Assembly: GCF_000372725.1 (NCBI RefSeq)
Contig: NW_005201392.1
Location: 599,660-663,659, forward strand
Source: Emiliania huxleyi CCMP1516
Lineage: Eukaryota
Direction of reading: 5' to 3'
Length of the DNA stretch: 64,000 bases
Of the stretch, positions 57,145 through 64,000 are shown in pieces (positions within the stretch are counted from its first letter, which is position 1; every line of letters starts with the position of its first letter). A program made the translations under genes and the position numbers. The notes beneath the pieces are model-generated. The model was not told where the DNA came from. It was given only the letters and a program-made list of their open reading frames with translations, and did not search any database.

Positions 57145-58462
57145 TCACGCCGGCGGGTCGTCGTACCACTTCAAAAAGCGCTGCCGCACCGCCTCCCTCC
57201 ACGCCTCCTTTCGCGACCGAACCGAGGAGGGCCTGTGCGAGGGAGAGTGGGGGATGGGAGGCTGGGTTGAAAGGCGCGGAAGGCGTGTCCAAGAGGGGAA
57301 GGGGCGGGGCTGGGGGGCGGGGGGGCGATGGCGTAGATTGTGGGAGACGAAAGCTTTGGGCAGGGCGGCCAGGCAGGGCCAGGGCAGGGCGGCAGGGCGG
57401 AGGCTGGGGCTGTGCAGGCGAGTCGCGCGCGCCGTGGCGGCGGCGGCGGCGGCTTTGCCGGCCGGACGGCGTCGTACTCTGCGTACTCCTCCGAGGCGTG
57501 CCACGCCTGCAGCCCGAACACAACGCGATTGGGATGTGCGGGGTACGCGGCGCGGAGCGCCGCCGGCCGCGCGAGCAGTGCGCACCGCCATGTCTGGCAT
57601 CCTGCTCACGAGATGCTGGGCGAGGGCGGCGTCGAGGGTGTGCGAGTACCGCTTCTGAAGCAGCAGCAGCAGCGTCCGACTGCGGCAGGGAGAGACCGGC
57701 GCCGGTTCCGGCGAGGGCGGGGACGCGGCAGCGCGGCGAGGGAGCGCGGCGAGGGTGGATGTAGTCCGAGGGCTTGGGAGAGGGGGGGGGGGGGGAGCGG
57801 GCTGGGCGAAGGTAGGTGGGTCTAGCCAAGCTGTGTCTGGGGGACGTACCGGGAGGAGAGGGGGCGGAAAGTATCTCGGATCTCGCAAGGGCCTCGGGAC
57901 GGTCTCGGAGCGGTCTCGGAGCTCTCCGCCTGCGCAGCCCCTTTGGATGGAGCTCCAGCAGCGTGGCAATGGCGTCGCGCAGCTGGCGGAAGGCGGCCGC
58001 GCCGGCGGGCGTGGCCTCGTCGTAGTCCGAGGCGGTTCGCGGCGACCGCTTCAGCCGCGGGTAGTAGGCCGGGTACACGAACTTCGCATCGACCTTGCGC
58101 GCGTACACCCCGGCGCCGTCGGGCGCAAACATCACGTCGGGCATGCGGCGGGCGAGGGCGCGGACGAACTTGGCCTCGCCGGCGCGGTCGGCGCCGACCC
58201 GGACCCCAAACTCCCTCCGCATCGCCTCGAGGTACTCGTCCCGCCGCAGGCCCATCGGGTGCGGCGCGAGCAGCGACCGCGTCGCGGCCCTGACATCGTT
58301 GAGGCGCTCGCTCCCGCCGGAGCTGGCCTCGTCGACGCTGGCCAGGCTCAGCTCGGGGAGGCGCGCCTGCCGGTAGAAGCCGACGGACAGCGACCGCGCC
58401 GGGACGACGAGAGGCGAGCAGGCCCTAGAGAGCAGCGCCAACCTGCCTCGGGCGCTTGCCAT
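57145..58462 (-). CDS. hypothetical protein with mitochondrial-type leader and two OST-HTH/LOTUS-like repeats, about 4 exons
   Basis: Leader MASARGRLALLSRACSPLVVPARSLS. Repeats RSLLAPHPMGLRRDEYLEAMRREFG...ARRMPDV and ATLLELHPKGLRSRTLLLLLQKRYS...VSRMPDM. Confidence 0.55.
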
Positions 58463-58618
58463 TATGCCGACCAAGAAGAAATCGCGGCAAACCAAAACAA
58501 AGAATCGAGATCTCGGCCCTGCTGGCTTGGACCTGGTTGAACGCCGACTCACACCGCACTGGGCAGACGACACAGGTACGGCATCTTCAGCTGCAGCACG
58601 CCCTCGCCGTGGCGAAAG

Positions 58619-60106
58619 ATGATCCGCAAAGTATGGTGCCTCCTTGCCGGTCTGCTGCCGATGGTGTCTCCTTGCCGGTCTGCTGCCGACTGCGGCTGCC
58701 CTTCGCCTGCGGAAAACCCAGATACGTGCCGTGGCTCCTGCCCGGGAGACGCCCGTGCAGCACGCTGCATGTGTGGCCTGGGCTGGGCCGGAAACAACTG
58801 CAGCCAGCTCAGGAAGTGCTTGAACGCGAAAACCCCACGCGTTTGTCGACGTGCCGTGCAAGCGGCTGCAGCCGGGAAGCCGCCGCCCAGCACTCTCCTT
58901 CTCGAAGCAAGCGGTCCGATGAGCGAAAGCTTCAAGCGGTGGAACATACGCCACGACCGGCTACCGTCGTGTACATGGGACACATGCTTCAACAGGACAC
59001 GCTGTGGGCGGTGTGGCGTGGACGACGGTGGCCGCGTTCTGCCGCTGCGGGTCCACCTCCTCCCACACATCGAAAAGAAGGGGGTTTACGAGGATTACCT
59101 CCGCACACTGAGAGAAGTGGAGCTTGTTGGCCGGGAAGGCGACGCATGCATTAGCATCGGCACCTTCGATATGCTCAACGGGAAAGATCCAAACGTCTCC
59201 GATACGATGAACAAAATCTACGTGCTCGCGAATGGGGATTTTACGGTCGGCGAACGCTTGCGCGGCGTGAAAAGCGTCACGCAAGAGGGCTCTCGCGGCA
59301 AATCGACGGCCGCTCTTGGACGCGCGATGGTGCGATCCGCCGCTTCCATATTCCTCCGCCACGCCGATGCCATCTCACAGAACCCTGACCCTGACCCAGC
59401 CCCTGACCCTGTGCTGACCCTGGCCAAACAGGTTCTCACCGACAACTGGGTTCGCCAGGAGTTCCGAGCTGGCTTTGACCTTTCTTGGCCTATGACCGTC
59501 AGCACGCGTGCAGTGGGCTTGGCCACATTGCCCGCCGCGTCGCGCCGTTTCTTTCTCACGTTCGCCGGAAGCGTCTACGGCGGAGACAAAAACGAGCGTG
59601 GCGGGTATCGCATTCTGCTAGCTCGCCTGCACGACCCCGCAAGGGGGGTGCAGGTCGTCTACCGCTGCAAGTTTAGGAATCTGCGCATGATCTCCCCTGC
59701 CCTGTGCGCCGAGGGAGATGAGCGCTGGCGTGCAGCCGCGCGTGCGTCGATCTCCTACGACGATCTCCTCAACTCCACCTTCTGTCTCGTGCCGGGAGGC
59801 TACCACCCGGGCTCTGGCAGGCTGGCCGAGGTGCTGAGCGCAGGGTGCATCCCGGTGCTGGTGGGCGACGACTACGTGCTCCCGTTCAACGCAGTCCTCG
59901 ACTGGTCCTCCCTCGCCTTCACCGTCTGTGCGACGTGCGTGGACGACATCCTGCCTGGGCTACGCGCGATGCCGCCGGACGAAGTCGAGGCCATGCGCCG
60001 CAACGTCGTGAGAGCCTACCGGCTCTACTTTACCAACCAGACCGCCAGGTGGAGGGGCATCATTTCGACGCTCTCCCGCCGCGTCCGCTGTCTGGCTGCT
60101 GAATAA
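58619..60106 (+). CDS. exostosin-family glycosyltransferase (GT47), EXT-like, with signal peptide and EGF-like Cys module
   Basis: CTWDTCFNRTRC, FRAGFDLSWP, RRFFLTFAG, NSTFCLVPGG...RLAEVLSAGCIPVLVGDDYVLPFNAVLDWS. EGF-like CMCGLGWAGNNC. Probable in-frame intron at about 59330-59431. Confidence 0.9.
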   Translation: MIRKVWCLLAGLLPMVSPCRSAADCGCPSPAENPDTCRGSCPGDARAARCMCGLGWAGNNCSQLRKCLNAKTPRVCRRAVQAAAAGKPPPSTLLLEASGPMSESFKRWNIRHDRLPSCTWDTCFNRTRCGRCGVDDGGRVLPLRVHLLPHIEKKGVYEDYLRTLREVELVGREGDACISIGTFDMLNGKDPNVSDTMNKIYVLANGDFTVGERLRGVKSVTQEGSRGKSTAALGRAMVRSAASIFLRHADAISQNPDPDPAPDPVLTLAKQVLTDNWVRQEFRAGFDLSWPMTVSTRAVGLATLPAASRRFFLTFAGSVYGGDKNERGGYRILLARLHDPARGVQVVYRCKFRNLRMISPALCAEGDERWRAAARASISYDDLLNSTFCLVPGGYHPGSGRLAEVLSAGCIPVLVGDDYVLPFNAVLDWSSLAFTVCATCVDDILPGLRAMPPDEVEAMRRNVVRAYRLYFTNQTARWRGIISTLSRRVRCLAAE

Positions 60107-60354
60107 ATTAGAGAGAAGAGAGCTCCGGGCACCGGGCGGCAAACAAACGCAGGACAGGTCTCAGGTGTCCCGGGGTGTGTCATGTGTTCATGGCAAAATG
60201 GGTCAATGACGTGAATGGTGCTGTACATATCTGTTTATTTTATACCCGTTTTCTCGAACCCAGCCACCCAAAAGGTCTCAACCGAGACCAATGTCAGCCG
60301 ACTCGCACGTCGCAGCGTCAAGAACGGCCCAAAACGGGGCGCGGCGTCGGAGAG

Positions 60355-62209
60355 ATGAACGACGAGGACGGGCAGGCGCTCACCAGCTTTGCCGGCACAC
60401 GCTCGTGCAGCCACTTTGCCGCCCTCGCCATCACCATCGCCGACATTTGTCCACACCAACAAGCGCGGCTTAGAGCTGACCCCTCCCCAACAAGCGAACG
60501 CAGGAAAGTCCGAGACCGACCACGAGCTGCTGGCCAAGGAAGTGCCGAATGCCGTCAAGATGGCGCGCTACGAGCGCTCGCTCTGGGTGGACGAGGCGGC
60601 GAAGCTGGCAGCCTCCAAGCACAGCGTCAAGCTCCCAGAGGTAGTGGCCAACGAGATGATCCGCGACGAGAAAGAGCTGGGACCCCTCAAGCTCATCGGC
60701 TGGCGCAACATCGGCCGCGTCGACGAGACCAAGATCGGCGAGGGCTGCGTCTCGCTATCGCAGCTCGGAGACGGCAATCACCGGCTCCACTTCGCGATGA
60801 AGGCACATTTCATCGAGTTTCAACCCTCCCGCCCTCACCGGGCGCGCCTCACCCTCCCGCCTTCACCGCGCAAAACAGGGCGAGGGGGCTTCGCTCAGGT
60901 GCCCGAGTCGGCCTACCAGGTCGAGTTCGAGCCCTCCTGCCTGCAGGCTGTGCTCTGCTGCAAGGGGCGCGCCTCGTCGCAGAGCTGGAGCACAAGCACC
61001 GCGCCGAGCGCGAGAGCGAGGCGGTCTACGCGGTGCTCAAGATCGCGGGCAACGTCTTCAGCGCCGACGCCACCTTCGAGGACGCGGCCAAGACGGTCGG
61101 CAAGCTGAGCGCCTCGAGCGCCAGCGCGGAGGACGTCGAGCCGCCCGACTGCTGCTGCTGCCACTGGAACCTCTGCCCGTGCTGCCCGATCTTGTGCTGC
61201 GAGATCCCGCGCGCGACCGACCCGAGCGGCTCTACCCCTCCCCCCTCCCCCTAAGGCCGCGCGTGGATGCCACCGCTTACAGGTGTTGTGCGCTGCCGTG
61301 CTGCGACAAGGGGAGCGAGGAGGCGCTCTCATATGAGTGGAAGCAGTCGCTCTGCTTCGAGCAGTCCATCATGCGTGCGCTCGAGCGGTACGAGGAGGTG
61401 GAAGAGGTGCAACAGGTCGACACCGCCTTGTACCAGCTCGAGAGCTTCAAGCCGCTCGCCAAGCCCGTGCCGGCCACGCGCACCACCCTCGCCTACTCGC
61501 TGCACTCGGTCTACCTCGTCCACCGCGCGCCGGCCACCAAGAATGTCACGCTCGCGCAGCTGGTGGTCGACCCGTGCGAGCCCGTGTCCAAGGCGGGCTC
61601 TGGCTGCGCTCGCCCGCCCCCAGCTCTCGACCGCAAGCGCACACGCACCCCCTTCCTGGTCTGTCTCAGGTGGTGGCGGTGGGTTTCGAAGCTCGAGAGT
61701 ATCTGCGAGCCGCCCCCCGAGCACCTCGGCCTTGCAAACGTCTCCGCCTGATCGTGGCAGTCGCTGGGCCACTTCTTCTATTTCGGCTCCCCGCCCAAGG
61801 GCAGCGCATCGACAGGCAGGAGGGCGGCCTCGGCGGCGCGGGAGGACTGATGGGCAAGTTTGGCGGCCTCTCGCCGAGCGGCATGCTCTCGGACGGGCTG
61901 GCGGGGAAGGTGAGCCTGGCCGCTCTGAAGGACAAGATGAGCCTCGCCTCCCTCTTCGGCATGCTACCGAGCCCGGGTGGCTTCGCGCCCTGCGTCGCTT
62001 GCGGCGACACGGACGACGGGCGCAAGAAGTGCGAACCGCCCACACACCCATACGCGCGCACCATTCAGACACACTTTGACCAGACTTTGACCACCGACCC
62101 ACTCTTCAGGTGCATCTTCAAGTTCGACCTGCCGTGCGGCGGCTTCCCCTTCGTCGTCGGCAAGCCGCCTGCGGACAACCAGCAGGCACGCAAGTACCCG
62201 GGCTTCTAG
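60355..62209 (+). CDS. hypothetical Cys-rich protein, multi-exon, with apparent frameshift near 61000
   Basis: Coding-like exons (ELLAKEVPNAVKMARYERSLWVD..., AVYAVLKIAGNVFSAD..., DCCCCHWNLCPCCPILCC, CCALPCC..., CIFKFDLPCGGFPF...KYPGF*). The frame changes near 60990-61005 without an obvious intron, which could be a sequencing error or a true lesion. Confidence 0.65.
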
Positions 62210-62804
62210 CGCTGCCCACTTTACGTGCCGTCGAGCCCGCGCTTTCCATGTGCTGCAGGGGGCTGGAAGCCGCTTCCGGGCTTCGATCTAGGCCGCCCTC
62301 AATCGTTGTGGCTGGAGCTCCAACCCCTGCCCCTCTCTCCGAGCGTGCGGCCCGCGACCCGCACACCCACCCACATCAGCCACGTGTCGGTGCGAGGGGC
62401 CCATGCCATCAGTTCATTAGGTACACTCCGTCGTGTGTCACTTCTCACGAGCGAGCAGCTGTCTTCCTCTGGCTGCTCCCCGTCGGGCTTTTGTTAATAT
62501 GACACTATTCGATCATGGAGAGGCACGCCCCTCGCTCGTCGCTGGGCGCCAAACTGCAAACACTTCGCCGCATTCCACCGTCGCGCCGATCCGACATCCG
62601 TGTCGGGGTGCGAACGGAGGGCCCAACCCCCAACTTGAGTACACAACCTACAACTTTGAGAATCGTGTGTGTGCGCACCCTTTCCCCCACACCTTTTTTG
62701 GTACGTGCAAAAACCTGGAACTGTAACTGCCTCGTGTGGGATCGGTTACGGGTTAGCGCTCCACAGGACACCACAGCGAGATGCGGAGAACCTGTTATTT
62801 TGTG

Positions 62805-64000
62805 TCACGCGCCGCCAAACTCACGCTCCTGCAGCCTGCGCGCATAGATGGTGGCGCCCACTGCGACCGACTCCTCCGGCCGCGCGGGCCGCAGCGGCGC
62901 GCGGCCGAGCGCGCGGCCGACGCGCTCGCCGACGGCGTCGAGCCGCGCCGCGCCGCCCGCGAGCAGCAGCTGGTCCACCCCTATGGGCGTCGGATACACG
63001 TGAGGCATATCTCGGGTACACCTCTCGGGTACACCTTGGGCACACCTCGGGCATATCTCGGGCATATCTCGGGTACCAATGCGTGTGTTCGACTACATAT
63101 CGGCTCTCTCTCGGCGGTCGCTCCTTGAGGGGCGGGCGACGCGTCCGCCAGTGCGGCGGGCAGAGCGTCGATCGCTGCGGCCAGCGCCGGCTCGATAAGC
63201 CGCTCCAAGGCTGCGCGCGAGAGCGTCTGCTCGAGGTGCTTCGGGCCAGACGCGTCGGCGGTGATGAACGGGAGAGAGACCGGCACGCTCGGCGAGCTGC
63301 AGAGCGCGAGGATGGCCGCCTCTGACGCCTCGTGCAGCCGCACCAGAGCGAGGTGGTCAGCAGAAAGGTCGATCCCGTGCGCCTCCCGAAAGCCCCGCAC
63401 CAGGTGCTCCACCAGAGCGCCGTCGAGCGACTCGCCGCCGACGCCGTGCTGCCGGTGCGAGGCCGCAACCTCCCACACCCAGCCTCCTCCGCCGCCCTCC
63501 GCCCCCTCTGGCCGCTTGGCGAGCACGGTGAGGGAGGAGGAGAGCCCGCTCATCTCGAGCACGCCCAGCGTCCCTACGCGAAGAAGAGCAGCATCAACGT
63601 TGGCAATAGGCTGGACTGACGAGTCATTGGTCAGATTACGAGCAGGCAACTCTTTCTGTGTAGCTAGTTCATTACTGTGAGAGTTGGAGGCATCGCCAAC
63701 ATTCAGTCGGCTGTGCCGACTCGTGCAAATCACTCAGCGGGACGCTGCGAGTGCAGTGGGCACAACTGAAGGCAGCTGAGTGCGTGCTGCTCCAGGGCTG
63801 GTCAAGAGACGCGAGGTGTCTGTCTTCCGCATCTGCGACGCGCTCCCGCCGACGCGAGCTCGTCGGGGAACTCGTCCTCCGCCGCGAGGGCCGCCGCGAC
63901 GGCCGACGGGACCAGCTCCAACCGCTGCACCCCCGCGCGCCGCGCGACCGCCGCCATCGCCGCGCGCAGGGGCTCGTCGACCGGTGCCGGCACCTGCGAG
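62805..64000 (-). CDS. degenerate Hsp70/DnaK-like protein ending after the nucleotide-binding domain (3' part; 5' end outside window)
   Basis: VPAPVD..R.A....RRAG, GVGGESLDGALVEHLVRGFREAHGIDLSADHLALVRLHEASE, SLPFITADASGPKHLEQTLSRAALERLI, VDQLLLAGGAARL, PEESVAVGATIYA, then a stop at 62805. Confidence 0.85.

Noticed and set aside
1..64000. tRNA/rRNA genes, prokaryotic operon or defence system, autonomous transposase or reverse transcriptase
   Set aside because: None was recognisable by eye; the genes are spliced eukaryotic genes. A covariance-model scan was not possible.

Overview
Eukaryotic, very GC-rich genomic DNA with three assembly gaps, many short introns (often GC-AG) and intronic 10-11-bp tandem repeats. 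These traits and the 'AEAEGLRLHLS' AP2-like repeats point to a haptophyte, most likely Emiliania/Gephyrocapsa huxleyi (inference). Most entries in the ORF track are GC-content artefacts. About 20 gene loci can be supported: a DUF6787-like membrane protein, a CoA-dependent acyltransferase-fold protein, cytosolic leucyl-tRNA synthetase, a coiled-coil gene, a sulfotransferase, a GT77-like glycosyltransferase, a 4x AP2-like protein, class I HMG-CoA reductase, an isochorismatase-like hydrolase, an OPR-repeat/RAP protein, an EF-hand/HEAT protein, organellar EF-P, a divergent RPL37 plus an inverted truncated copy, a LOTUS-like protein, an EXT-like GT47 and an Hsp70 reduced to its nucleotide-binding domain. 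There are also two non-autonomous TIR transposons. Highlights are (1) the OPR-RAP protein, whose near-identical 38-aa repeats vary at only three positions (TALE-like) ahead of a nuclease-fold domain; (2) a fibronectin-III domain inserted into LeuRS; (3) introns whose 5' ends copy the start of the downstream exon; and (4) a membrane-anchor-less HMGR with a mitochondrial-type leader. All assignments come from motif recognition by eye; no searches were run.
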